Below, piece by piece: positions 48,955 to 58,878 of a stretch of DNA of 64,000 bases. Position 1 is the first letter of the stretch. Every line of letters begins with the position of its first letter. The stretch comes from Candidatus Woesearchaeota archaeon (GTDB lineage: Archaea > Nanobdellota > Nanobdellia > Woesearchaeales > WAPY01). The notes under the pieces were generated by a model. That model worked only from the letters and a program-made list of their open reading frames with translations. It had not been told where the DNA came from and searched no databases. The stretch is taken from the NCBI GenBank assembly GCA_049700835.1, contig JBNAUL010000002.1, forward strand, positions 272,275-336,274, given 5' to 3'. Position numbers and translations under genes: made by a program.

Positions 48955-50829
48955 TTAATCTTCATAAACCAACAGATTGTTTGCAAAAAAGTTGTGCGAA
49001 CCATCAGTTAAAATAGTATAAGCAACCACCTGCTGTTGGTTTATAAATATATCTTTTATTCTTGTTTTCTGCAAACCTAAAGGAGAAAAGAAGAAAATAG
49101 TATCTCCAGTTTTTAAGTTAATAACCCTTTTATAGCCTGAGTTAGTTAAAATAAAGTGATTCCAAGTAACATTTATCTCAAAATTTTGATCCGTGATTAT
49201 AGTATAAAAATTTTTGAATTCTACACTTTCAAATGATAATACCGTATTATTAACAAATATTTTTCTATTAATATCATATCCTAAAACTTGATCACCTATT
49301 CTTATCTCACTTAAGAAATTAACGCTGCCATTAGCAAGACGAATTAATGTATTTGGTAAAAGACAAGAGGTTCCACACGGCGGCGTCGGCGTCGGCGTCG
49401 ACGGCGACGGCGACGGCGTCGGCGGCGTCGGCGGCGTCGGCGTCGGCGGCAAGAATTGGAACACCGAATCGCAATCCCCTGAAGCATCGCATGTGCAATC
49501 AATGATTTTCCCATCCACTAACATCTTTGCAGTCTCTCCTGCTTTAAAACTCAATCTTGTTTTTTCATCGCAGCAATGAGGATTATAAGAAAATATTTTG
49601 TTATCGAAAATCCAATAAATCAAATTTTCATTTTTTATTTTTTGAGCAGCATTATTATCTCCATAAGGATAGTACTCGCACATTACTTTTATCTCAACAT
49701 CTTCCTGCCAATCACTCAAGTTGCCCTCATCAGTAACATTTATTGTGTAATGATTAACCCCAATGAATTTTTTGAATGCTTTGAAAGTGAAATCATTTAT
49801 TTCTTCACCTGTTTTTTTATTTTTAATAGTTAAATTTAAAACATCCTCATCAGGGTCAAAAGCAAATGGTGAGAAATCATAAACATCTTCAATCAATAAT
49901 TCTAGTGTTGGTATTTGTTGCAAAAAAGGGTTTCTGTTTTGCCTTAAGAAAACAAACTCATAATACTTCTCTCCAATTTTTGCATTTGAATCAGTGATTT
50001 TAACCATGTCATAAAGTGTTCCTTTTATGTTTTGTATGCCGAGTGTTTTGTCAGAATTAATATTTGCTCCTTCTTCTTGCATCATGAATGAAAGGTTTTT
50101 TGTGTCTCTTTCAATCAGCATTCTTATCAAGTTATATATTGAACTAAACCTTACTTTTGAATCATAAACTTTATTATTCATTTGCCTATCATAAACTATT
50201 ATTGGATAGTCTAGTTCAAACCTTGTGCTTTTTCTTGAAAAAGTAACTTTTATTTTTGCAGGGCTTTTTTCATAAATTTGTGCTCTTATGCTCTGATTCA
50301 ATTTTGAGATGTTGAAGCACTCCTTAAACTTTAATTCAGCGTAGTTTTCTAATTGTTCTTTAATTGTTATTGGTTTTTTAGGAGCGTTTCTAACATCTTC
50401 TGGTTTTAGGAAAACCATTATTGGAATTCCATAGTAGTTGAATCTTGGATATCCAGGAGGATTATCATAAGGATCTCTTATAATCCAGAACGGAACCTCA
50501 TATTTTTCAGTTCCAATGTAAGCGCTTCTTGTTATGTTTGTTCCAAGGATTGTTATTGGGAATTCTGTTAATCCTCCTTGGTAAGAGTAAATGTAACCTC
50601 CTTGCTTTCCAATAAGGTTTAATGCTTTTTCAGCAGAGATTTCCAAGCAATCTTGTACTGTTGTGTCAATCTGTTGAATAATGCTTTTTCTATTGGAAGC
50701 AGTTGTTATGTTTGCTCTTAGTTTTGTGTTGTAAAAAGAAAAAGCAAGTATGAATGCAAGGATTATCATTAATAGAACAACGATTCCAATTATTATGAAG
50801 ATTGAGAGTTGCGCTTTCTTGCTTGTCAT
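48955..50829 (-). CDS. class III signal peptide protein with Pro/Thr linker and C-terminal Hint domain
   Basis: KKAQ plus hydrophobic helix; Hint block A CLLPNTLI, block B TWNH, C-terminal HNFFANNLLV. Confidence 0.85.
   Translation of the reverse strand: MTSKKAQLSIFIIIGIVVLLMIILAFILAFSFYNTKLRANITTASNRKSIIQQIDTTVQDCLEISAEKALNLIGKQGGYIYSYQGGLTEFPITILGTNITRSAYIGTEKYEVPFWIIRDPYDNPPGYPRFNYYGIPIMVFLKPEDVRNAPKKPITIKEQLENYAELKFKECFNISKLNQSIRAQIYEKSPAKIKVTFSRKSTRFELDYPIIVYDRQMNNKVYDSKVRFSSIYNLIRMLIERDTKNLSFMMQEEGANINSDKTLGIQNIKGTLYDMVKITDSNAKIGEKYYEFVFLRQNRNPFLQQIPTLELLIEDVYDFSPFAFDPDEDVLNLTIKNKKTGEEINDFTFKAFKKFIGVNHYTINVTDEGNLSDWQEDVEIKVMCEYYPYGDNNAAQKIKNENLIYWIFDNKIFSYNPHCCDEKTRLSFKAGETAKMLVDGKIIDCTCDASGDCDSVFQFLPPTPTPPTPPTPSPSPSTPTPTPPCGTSCLLPNTLIRLANGSVNFLSEIRIGDQVLGYDINRKIFVNNTVLSFESVEFKNFYTIITDQNFEINVTWNHFILTNSGYKRVINLKTGDTIFFFSPLGLQKTRIKDIFINQQQVVAYTILTDGSHNFFANNLLVYED
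49378..49450 (-). repeat. GC-rich microsatellite encoding a Pro/Thr/Ser linker
   Basis: (CGGCGT/CGGCGA)n on + strand; codons CCG/ACG/TCG. Confidence 0.9.
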
Positions 50830-50988
50830 TTAAAAACAGCACCTCTTTTTTATTAAAAAATATAAAAAAATTCTTGTATTTAAAAATTTTTTGAATATTT
50901 TTAGGCTAATTAAAAAGATTTAAATATTAGAAGTAATTTTTGGGTTTTAGAAAAAATTGGCAAGCTGACAAACAAAAAAGGTGGGATT

Positions 50989-52065
50989 GTGGGATATGAA
51001 AAAATTGATAGGAAAGTCAATGAGATTGATGCTGAACTTGAACAATTGCTTTCAAAACAAAAGGCTTCTATAAAGGTTGTTGGAACTGGTGGTGGAGGAA
51101 ATAACACTATAAACAGGATTTCTGAGGTTGGAGTTGTTGGAGCAGAAACAATCGCAGTTAATACTGATGCTCAGGATTTATTGTACACTACTGCTGACAA
51201 GAAAATTCTTATTGGAAAACAATTAACTCATGGTTTAGGAGCAGGTTCTGACCCGAAAATTGGTGAGGATGCTGCAAGGGAAAACGAGCATGAAATCAAA
51301 GAGGCCTTGCAAGGAGCAGACATGGTTTTCATAACTTGCGGTTTAGGAGGAGGAACAGGGACTGGTTCTGCTCCGGTGATTGCTGAGATTGCAAAGAAAA
51401 TAGGAGCATTAACAGTTGGCATAGTTACATTGCCTTTCTCAATGGAAGGAAAGAGAAGGTTTGAGAACGCAATAAACGGTTTGGAAAAATTAGAAGCAAT
51501 AGTTGATACCCTGATAGTTATTCCAAATGACAAGTTGTTAGAGATTGCTCCTGATTTGCCACTGCATACTGCTTTTAAGGTTGCTGATGAAATACTAACA
51601 AATGCTGTTAAAGGGATTGCAGAGTTAATCACAAAAACAGGATTGATTAATCTTGATTTTGCTGACGTCAGAACAATAATGAGCAATGGAGGAGTTGCAA
51701 TGATTGGAGTTGGAGAATCTGATAGTGGTGATAGGGCTGTTGAGTGCGTTGAAAAGGCAATCAATAATCCTTTGTTGGATGTTGATATATCAGGAGCAAA
51801 TGGCGCTTTGATAAATATTTCTGGCGGTTTGGACATGACTTTGGAAGAGGCAAGAAAGGTTGTTGAAACAGTTTCTGAGAAACTTGATCCTGATGCAAGG
51901 ATTATTTGGGGAGCTCAGATTAGCGAGGACATGGCAAAGACAATAAGAGTTATGCTAATAATCACAGGGGTTAAATCATCACAAATCTTAGGACCTCAGA
52001 AAAAGGTTAAGACAAAGAAGGCAAAGGAGATAGAGACAGAACTTGGGATTGAGTTCGTTGATTAA
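50989..52065 (+). CDS. ftsZ: cell division protein FtsZ
   Basis: [27 protein letters not shown]. Confidence 0.97.
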   Translation: MGYEKIDRKVNEIDAELEQLLSKQKASIKVVGTGGGGNNTINRISEVGVVGAETIAVNTDAQDLLYTTADKKILIGKQLTHGLGAGSDPKIGEDAARENEHEIKEALQGADMVFITCGLGGGTGTGSAPVIAEIAKKIGALTVGIVTLPFSMEGKRRFENAINGLEKLEAIVDTLIVIPNDKLLEIAPDLPLHTAFKVADEILTNAVKGIAELITKTGLINLDFADVRTIMSNGGVAMIGVGESDSGDRAVECVEKAINNPLLDVDISGANGALINISGGLDMTLEEARKVVETVSEKLDPDARIIWGAQISEDMAKTIRVMLIITGVKSSQILGPQKKVKTKKAKEIETELGIEFVD

Positions 52066-52118
52066 AAAATCACAAGTTTTAAAAATACTAGTTTTATCCA
52101 CAATTCTTAGTGGTTTTT

Positions 52119-52343
52119 ATGATTAAAAAAATAGTTGAACTTCCAAAGAAAATAAGGAATTTTTTCAAATCATTACTAACATCTCTAAAAACTTTTATTC
52201 TTGAGTGCAAGAGGGTTTTCACACTAACGCAAAAACCAACAAACCAAGAGTTTAAAATGATTGTCAAGGTTACAGGTCTTGGAATGATTGCGCTCGGATT
52301 AATAGGATTGGTAGTTTATTTGCTGCAACAAGCATTAATGTAA
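52119..52343 (+). CDS. secE: protein translocase subunit SecE/Sec61-gamma
   Basis: RV...KP...EF plus TM helix, between ftsZ and spt5. Confidence 0.88.
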   Translation: MIKKIVELPKKIRNFFKSLLTSLKTFILECKRVFTLTQKPTNQEFKMIVKVTGLGMIALGLIGLVVYLLQQALM

Positions 52344-52356
52344 AAAAGGTGATAAA

Positions 52357-52824
52357 ATGCCAGAATTGTATGTTCTCAGGGTAACAGCCAACAGGGAAGA
52401 ACAGGTTATGGGTTTTGTAGCTAGTAATGCAATAAAGAAAAAACTTAATGTTTATTCTGTAATAATGCCTTATGGAATGAGGGGTTATATTTTCATAGAA
52501 GCAGATTCAAGGGGTTCTGCAGAACAAGCAGCAATAGGAGTTCCTTATGCAAGGGGATTGTTAAAAAACCCTGTTCTTTATTCTGAGATCGAGCATATGG
52601 TTGAGATTGAAAAGAAAAAAGAGATGGTTATTAAAAAGAATGATATTGTTGAGATAATCTCTGGACCTTTCAAGCGCGAAAAAGCAAAGATTACAAGAAT
52701 TGACAAGACCAAAGAGGAGGTTGTTGTTGAGTTATTAGAAGCTGCTGTTCCAATACCAATAACCTTAAAGATGGACGCTGTCAAGGTAATCAGAAGAGAA
52801 GAGGAAGAAAATAAGGAAGAATAA
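52357..52824 (+). CDS. spt5: transcription elongation factor Spt5/NusG
   Basis: GYIFIEA, KOW VEIISGPFK, AVPIPIT. Confidence 0.95.
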   Translation: MPELYVLRVTANREEQVMGFVASNAIKKKLNVYSVIMPYGMRGYIFIEADSRGSAEQAAIGVPYARGLLKNPVLYSEIEHMVEIEKKKEMVIKKNDIVEIISGPFKREKAKITRIDKTKEEVVVELLEAAVPIPITLKMDAVKVIRREEEENKEE

Positions 52825-53784
52825 CTAAGAAATCCATTTTAAGAAAGTTCTTTCAACCTCTGATTTTAGAGAATCTATTTCAGTAAAAACTCTAAGTTGA
52901 ACTCCTGTATTTTTGGAAAAATCGTTGATGCTTTCTAAGACCTCTCTAACAAAAACTTCGTTGCTAATCTCGATCTTGTTCAAGAAAACCAAGACAGGTT
53001 TTTTAAAGGATAAAATTCTGTTCAATAGCTTTATTTGTTTTTTTACATCATAATCATAAGCTATTACAAAAACAACAAGGTTTGCCAAGTGCTTTATTGC
53101 CAAGAATGATTGTTTTTCATAGACATTCATCTTTTCAACCCTGTTTAGGGTTCCAGGAGTATCAATGAGTTGAACTTCAAAGCCGTTTATTCTCAAGTAT
53201 CCAATGTTCAGTTGTTTTGTTGTGAAAGCATAATTCTTTATCTCTGGTTTTGAGCCAGAAAGTTTGTAAAGCAAGGTTGTTTTTCCAACATTTGGAAAAC
53301 CAGTAATTACTACTGTAAAAACATCTTTGATTCTTAGAAATTCCTTAAATTCCTTTCTAACGAATTCTAAAAACTCAAGGTCTTTGCTTATTCTTTTGAG
53401 TAGAGAAGCTGTTCTCCCGAAAAAACTCCTCTTTTCAATCTGCTTTTTTGAAATCTCGTCAATCTTCTTTGAAGCCCAGGAAAGAGCAGCCAATGATTTT
53501 TTAAGCTTGACAATTCCAAACTTGTATTCAATCAGTTCCTTGTAAAAATCATTCAAGTTGCCAATCGTTGGAAAAGACTTTACAATGCTATCCAAGTCAG
53601 AGATTATTGAATCCTTGAAAACAAGAATTTCCTGTTTTTCATCAAGCATCATCTTTGATTTGCCGTGTCTTTCCTTTTTCTTGCCAAGTTTTCTCTGCTT
53701 GAACTTTCTAAGTTTTCTGAAAGCCCTTTCAAGCATGTCCTGAGGGTTACAAACAATTCCTTGGCTAAGATTAAACTCCTGCAT
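52825..53784 (-). CDS. NOG1-family GTPase
   Basis: GFPNVGKT, YAFTTK, DTPG, NKIE. Confidence 0.88.
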   Translation of the reverse strand: MQEFNLSQGIVCNPQDMLERAFRKLRKFKQRKLGKKKERHGKSKMMLDEKQEILVFKDSIISDLDSIVKSFPTIGNLNDFYKELIEYKFGIVKLKKSLAALSWASKKIDEISKKQIEKRSFFGRTASLLKRISKDLEFLEFVRKEFKEFLRIKDVFTVVITGFPNVGKTTLLYKLSGSKPEIKNYAFTTKQLNIGYLRINGFEVQLIDTPGTLNRVEKMNVYEKQSFLAIKHLANLVVFVIAYDYDVKKQIKLLNRILSFKKPVLVFLNKIEISNEVFVREVLESINDFSKNTGVQLRVFTEIDSLKSEVERTFLKWIS

Positions 53785-53840
53785 AATTCATTATAAAAAA
53801 GAGAAGGATTTAAATAAATGTTGGTTTTTTAATAAACAAG

Positions 53841-54296
53841 ATGAAACTCGTCTATGTAAACTTGGAAAAGATAAACATAAGGAATTACATTCCAAAGGAA
53901 AACAGCGCGATATTCGAGATTCACATAGAAGACAATATTTCAAAGAGCGTTCTGAGAGAAAGGATAAAGATTGAAAAGGCAGTTCCTTTGATAATCCACT
54001 TGATAACAAGCAGCGAGGAACTAAAAAATTACGAGGTTGGAGAGGATGTCAAGGTAATAATTCAGGATGTTGAAAGGGTTAAAAAAATACTTAATGATTT
54101 CATGAATGAACTTAAGCAGTTAATTTCAATACTTAACTCTAAAGACCCGACAAGATACTTGGACACTCTTTCAAGGATTAATACGAAAACTTTGAATGTC
54201 AAGGAATTATTAAAAGAGAAAACAGAAAAAAAGAAGAGTTATTGGGAGGAAAAACTCGTTGAGCGAAAAGCAAAAGAAAAACAAATAAAAAAATAA
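53841..54296 (+). CDS. hypothetical protein
   Basis: 151-aa ORF with TATA-like box upstream. Confidence 0.65.
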   Translation: MKLVYVNLEKINIRNYIPKENSAIFEIHIEDNISKSVLRERIKIEKAVPLIIHLITSSEELKNYEVGEDVKVIIQDVERVKKILNDFMNELKQLISILNSKDPTRYLDTLSRINTKTLNVKELLKEKTEKKKSYWEEKLVERKAKEKQIKK

Positions 54297-54352
54297 ATTT
54301 TTAAAAATAGTTTTAAGTTTTAAGCAAAATCAAGTGATTGGGGGTTTTCAGG

Positions 54353-54562
54353 ATGAAAGAGCACAACATAAAAATTCTTAAACTGCTTTTTTTGCTCATG
54401 GGAGTTTTTTCTTTGATGTTCCTGATAGCACTGTATGACCAAAACAAAGGAGCAAAGATATTTGACATTGGTTTTGAGTTTGAGAACTATCTTGTCATGA
54501 TTTTCTCGATCGGCTCTTTGTTCAGGATTGTTTATGAGATTTACAGAATAGAGAACCATTGA
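54353..54562 (+). CDS. small two-TM membrane protein
   Basis: two hydrophobic segments; GGGG SD-like upstream. Confidence 0.55.
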   Translation: MKEHNIKILKLLFLLMGVFSLMFLIALYDQNKGAKIFDIGFEFENYLVMIFSIGSLFRIVYEIYRIENH

Positions 54563-54605
54563 AAAAATAAAAAAGCCAAGCTAAGATTATTGCAAAATCA
54601 GGGCT

Positions 54606-55109
54606 TTAGAGCAAAAACTTTTCAGGGTTTTCGTCAAGATTTGTGAAGCTATCTGCTGCTTCTGCAAGTTTTGAGGAGCATGACCTTCCAAATGCAATAA
54701 TCTCAACCCTGCAGCCAAGGGCTCTTTTTAAGTGCTCTACCAAAGGTATGAAATCTCCATCACCGCTTACCAAAACAATTACATCTATCTTTGGGGCTAA
54801 TTCTATAGCGTCAATTGCAATTCCAACATCCCAATCACCTTTTTTAGCGCCTCCGTAAAACACCTGAAGCTCCTTCATCTTGACCTCAAAACCTATCTTG
54901 CCAAGGGTTTCAAAGAAAACATCCTCTTCTTTGATGTCTGCTTTTATGACATATGCAATTGCCCTGACAAGCTTTCTATTCCTGACTGCTTCTCTTAAAA
55001 GTTCTCTGAAATTAATCTTTGCCTTGTAAAGGTTCTTTGCAGAATAATACATGTTTTGAACATCAACAAAAACAGCAACCCTTTGTTCTTTGTGCTGAGC
55101 TCCTACCAT
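54606..55109 (-). CDS. NYN/LabA-family PIN-like protein
   Basis: VFVDVQN, KGDWDVGIAID, SGDGDF. Confidence 0.9.
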   Translation of the reverse strand: MVGAQHKEQRVAVFVDVQNMYYSAKNLYKAKINFRELLREAVRNRKLVRAIAYVIKADIKEEDVFFETLGKIGFEVKMKELQVFYGGAKKGDWDVGIAIDAIELAPKIDVIVLVSGDGDFIPLVEHLKRALGCRVEIIAFGRSCSSKLAEAADSFTNLDENPEKFLL

Positions 55110-55185
55110 TAAAACCACCGCCAAAATTTTTCAATCTTTTTTTATTTTTTATTGCGCAATAACTTATGCTTTTTATTTTTTTATT

Positions 55186-55533
55186 TCAAATTTTTTTCTC
55201 TTTCTTTTTCTCTTTATTTTTCCTTTTGCTCTGTTTTTTCTTCTTTATTTTCTTCATGCAAAGGCCACAAGGTTTGAAACCATTTTTCATTGCTTCTTCT
55301 GCTGCGCTGAAAAAAACCTTGTTTTCCTCTCTAAGGTTTCTTATTGAAGGGCAATTAAAAGAATGAAATTTTCTTGAGACCTTTGAACCAATAAATTCCT
55401 GCTTCAAAATTCTAAGATCTTTCCTTTCAAAAAGCAGATTGCATCTCTTGCAGTAATATTTCAAATTGTCGTTTCCGTAAACATCGCTGCTGCAAAGAGG
55501 ACACGCCTTTTCAACCAAAAATATCTTATCCAT
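55186..55533 (-). CDS. Zn-ribbon plus Ada metal-binding domain protein
   Basis: CPLC...CKRC; KFH...CP...GFKPCGLC. Confidence 0.75.
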   Translation of the reverse strand: MDKIFLVEKACPLCSSDVYGNDNLKYYCKRCNLLFERKDLRILKQEFIGSKVSRKFHSFNCPSIRNLREENKVFFSAAEEAMKNGFKPCGLCMKKIKKKKQSKRKNKEKKKEKKI

Positions 55534-55578
55534 AATACTCCATAAAATTCTTTTCAATAATTTTATCCATTCGTTTTA

Positions 55579-56613
55579 TTATTTTTTGAGATAAACTTTA
55601 CTTGTTGGAAATGCAAATTTTATTCCTGCTTTATTGAATTCCTTGTACAAATTCATCCTAATCTTTTCCTTAACATTCCACAAGTCATCGTATGTCTTAA
55701 CCCAACCAATCAATTTAAATTTCAAAGCATACTCTCCAAAATCCAAGAAATAAACAAAAGGGGCTGGTTCTTTAATAACCTCTGGAATTCCTTCTAATGC
55801 TTTCAAAGCAGTTTTTTTTGCCTTATCAATGTCTGTTCCGTACTCAACTCCAAAATCAACAACGAACCTTCTTGGGCTTAAAGCTGTATGATTGATTATT
55901 TTTGAGGACGCAACCTTTGAATTAGGAAATATTACAATTTCATTGTCATAGGTTTTTATTTTAATGCTCCTGAAATTAATATCATAAACAATCCCAAAAA
56001 CATCATCAATCTGAACAACATCTCCAATCTTAAAAGGATGATCCCCCATCAATGCTATCCCGCTGAAAAAATCTCCAAGAGTGCTCTGCAATGCCAAACC
56101 AATGACTATTCCTGCAATTCCCAAACCAGTAAGAAAAGCAGTTATCTTTATTTCCCAAATATTCAGCACAACTATAAAGCATATGAACCACAGAACACCA
56201 TCAATAATCTTTATTACAACATCGTACCTTGATTTTGAAGGCACTCTTTTCTTGCTGTTATCCCTTAAATCTATGAAGTAAAACCACATCAGCAATAAAG
56301 AATTGACAAAAAGAATTCCTGCGTAGAAAGCAAAGATTATTGTCAAGGAATCAATTGTTTTTACGATGTTTCTCTTCAAATGAAGCAGGTTTGCAGCATA
56401 AGAGAGAGCATAACTAAAAGCTGTTAACAACAAGAAAAACCAAATTCTCTTTGAATGCTTAAGAGCAAAATCAACCTCATAGCTCTTAAACTTGCTGAGT
56501 ATTGAATAAATTATTTTTCTTATAAACAAGCCAATCATTATTCCAATGAATAAAACAATCAAAGAACTGCTTCCAATGTTAATGTATTCCTTGAATATTA
56601 TCAAAACAATCAC
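55579..56613 (-). CDS. mscS: small-conductance mechanosensitive channel
   Basis: GIAGIVIGLALQ, PFKIGD, FPNS, GIKFAFP. Confidence 0.92.
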   Translation of the reverse strand: MIVLIIFKEYINIGSSSLIVLFIGIMIGLFIRKIIYSILSKFKSYEVDFALKHSKRIWFFLLLTAFSYALSYAANLLHLKRNIVKTIDSLTIIFAFYAGILFVNSLLLMWFYFIDLRDNSKKRVPSKSRYDVVIKIIDGVLWFICFIVVLNIWEIKITAFLTGLGIAGIVIGLALQSTLGDFFSGIALMGDHPFKIGDVVQIDDVFGIVYDINFRSIKIKTYDNEIVIFPNSKVASSKIINHTALSPRRFVVDFGVEYGTDIDKAKKTALKALEGIPEVIKEPAPFVYFLDFGEYALKFKLIGWVKTYDDLWNVKEKIRMNLYKEFNKAGIKFAFPTSKVYLKK

Positions 56614-56773
56614 CTCTCAAACAGAGCGTAAAAATTTTCAGTTTAAATATTTTTACATTTTTATGATAAAAGATTTGGAGATTAAGATTTTCAGAGTAAA
56701 ACAAATTTAAAAATTTGGTTTAAAATTTTGAATTCTTAAAGATTGATTAAGCTTGATTAAGATGCATTAATAA

Positions 56774-57307
56774 TTAATGCTGCTTGCTACTTCCTTTTAT
56801 TTCAATAATCCCTGAAACAGGAAGTTTGTGAATTGCCTTTTTAAGAGCAATTTTTGCAAGTTCAACATTTTTTTCATCAACTTGGACTTCGAACAAAATT
56901 TTTCCTTTCTTAACCTGTGCTGCAATCCCAATCGGTTTTCCAAATGCCTTTTGCATTCCAGTGCTCAACCTGTCAGCACCAGCGCCGCTTGCCAAAGGGT
57001 TTTCTCTTAAAACATGGTGCGGGAACATTCTCACTCTGAAAAAATAATTCAGTTTTCCAACCTTTTCTTCTAAGATCTTGTTGGCAGATTGCCTTGCTGA
57101 TTCAATGGCTTCTTGTCTTATCTGCAAGGACTTGTCTGACTTTAAAAAAACTTTTACTGGAAATTCCCTTTTTGGATTGCCCATGTTAAACTTGACAATC
57201 TTTAGATGAGGCCTTCCTCTAATGAATGATTTTTCCCTGTACTTTGAAATCCTTGTGTAAGGTCTTTCCAACATTCTATAAGCGATTGCTTTTCTCAATC
57301 TTGCCAT
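56774..57307 (-). CDS. rpl10e: 50S ribosomal protein uL16 (L10e)
   Basis: PHHVLREN...GAGADR...GM..AFGKP.G. Confidence 0.96.
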   Translation of the reverse strand: MARLRKAIAYRMLERPYTRISKYREKSFIRGRPHLKIVKFNMGNPKREFPVKVFLKSDKSLQIRQEAIESARQSANKILEEKVGKLNYFFRVRMFPHHVLRENPLASGAGADRLSTGMQKAFGKPIGIAAQVKKGKILFEVQVDEKNVELAKIALKKAIHKLPVSGIIEIKGSSKQH

Positions 57308-57375
57308 AAGCAGAATAGGAACTATGAACGATTTTTAAAGTTTTCTATTTCTTAATTATAGAAAAGAAAAGATAA

Positions 57376-57825
57376 TGCTTTGTTTCTTTAAGAGAATGTT
57401 TAGCATCAAAAGCATTAGAAGTAAATAGTATTAACATTCAAAGAGGTAATAAAGCTTATATTACTTATGCAATAAAGAACGAGTTAGAAACAAAAGAAAC
57501 ATTTACTTTTAACAATAAAGAAGGAGAAAGAAGGAGATATATCTCCTAATGGAACTTGGAATGAAAAAAATTCTGTGATAAAATGTTATGCTTCTCTGGC
57601 TGAAAATGCTAATCCATCAGATATAAATTTTGAAACATTAGGTCCACAAACACTAGAAAAAGGAGAGATTAAAACATACAAATTTCAGATTAGTGCTAGC
57701 AGAACAGCAAAACCAGACTTTATGAATATGCTTTAATAATAAAAAATCCTGAAAGTGATAAACAAGCTAATGTTCAAGTAGAGAAACTTTATGCAAAAAT
57801 AAATTTTAAAATAGAGGTTGAATAA
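57376..57825 (+). pseudogene. frameshifted, N-terminally truncated paralog of the pilin-like gene at 58055
   Basis: three reading frames give AIKNELETKETFT / GTWNEKNSVIKCYAS.AENA / LIIKNP...YA...F.IEVE*, colinear with the 58055-58651 product. Confidence 0.8.
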
Positions 57826-58054
57826 AAAACATTAATAATATTATTTTTGTTTTTTGATTTTTTATGCTTAAAATTTTGTTTTTATTTTTAATATTTTTGT
57901 TTTATATTTTTGTTTTAATTAATCTTCAGATTTTATTTTTAAACAGAAAAATTTATAAATAGAAAACTAAACTAATATACAAAAAAGTATTTTTTTACTT
58001 TTGCTCTAAAAAACAAACAAAAAAAAGCAAAAAAGCAAAAAAAGAGGTGTTTTT

Positions 58055-58651
58055 ATGAAGCTTAGAAGAATAATAAAATCAAAAAAAGCTGGCTTGGAAA
58101 TATCAACAAACGCAATAGTAATTTTAATCTTTGCAATAACAATACTTTCTCTTGGAATAGTTTTCATAAGAAAAATTTTTACAGGCGTTATAGACCAATT
58201 TACAAATGTTGCTGGAGAAACAAGATCACGATTAAAAGAAGATTTATTAAAAGCAAATGCAAGATTGGTTTTAGAATTAAATGAAATTACGATAAAAGCA
58301 GGTGAGAATAAACTAATCGGTTTTGCTGTAAAGAATGAACTTGAAGAAGATGAAACATTCACTCTGCTTGGAAAAGGAAAAATTGGTAATGATGGAAAAT
58401 GGGATGGAAGTGATTCTGTAATAATGTGTTATTCTTCCACAGCAGATAATGCAAAGCTTGAAAAGATAACAATAAAAACAGTTGAAAAAGCTTATATAAA
58501 AAAAGGAGAATCTGTTGTTTTTAACCTTGAAATAAGGGTTGCAAGAGACGCTGTTCCTGGAACATACTATTGCGGTTTTGTTATAAAAGATCCTAATCAA
58601 CAAAATGTAGTAGAATACGCAGATCAAAGATTTACAATATTCGTAGAGTGA
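58055..58651 (+). CDS. class III signal peptide (pilin-like) protein
   Basis: KSKKAG-LEISTNAIVILIFAITILSLG; SD GAGGTG. Confidence 0.85.
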   Translation: MKLRRIIKSKKAGLEISTNAIVILIFAITILSLGIVFIRKIFTGVIDQFTNVAGETRSRLKEDLLKANARLVLELNEITIKAGENKLIGFAVKNELEEDETFTLLGKGKIGNDGKWDGSDSVIMCYSSTADNAKLEKITIKTVEKAYIKKGESVVFNLEIRVARDAVPGTYYCGFVIKDPNQQNVVEYADQRFTIFVE

Positions 58652-58660
58652 TTTTTTAAA

Positions 58661-58870
58661 ATGCTGCGCAGAAAAATCAGTTTTGATCAGAGATTTAGGA
58701 TTATTAGTTTCTTGCTTAACAAGTTGCTCTGGTTTGGGTTCATAATAATGGGGGTTGGGATTTACAAGTTGTTTGAAAAATCAGAGCTTGCAGGATACTA
58801 CTTGGTTTTAGTTGGAGGATTAACTTTGGTTTTGTTTTGGATTATATTTTTCAGTATCTACAGGTTTTAG
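58661..58870 (+). CDS. small two-TM membrane protein
   Basis: 69 aa, two hydrophobic segments, within the pilin-like operon. Confidence 0.65.
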   Translation: MLRRKISFDQRFRIISFLLNKLLWFGFIIMGVGIYKLFEKSELAGYYLVLVGGLTLVLFWIIFFSIYRF

Positions 58871-58878
58871 GTGGTTTT

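Noticed and set aside
48955..49365. Canonical self-splicing intein
   Set aside because: No C-extein, no terminal His-Asn, no endonuclease; treated as a Hint domain instead
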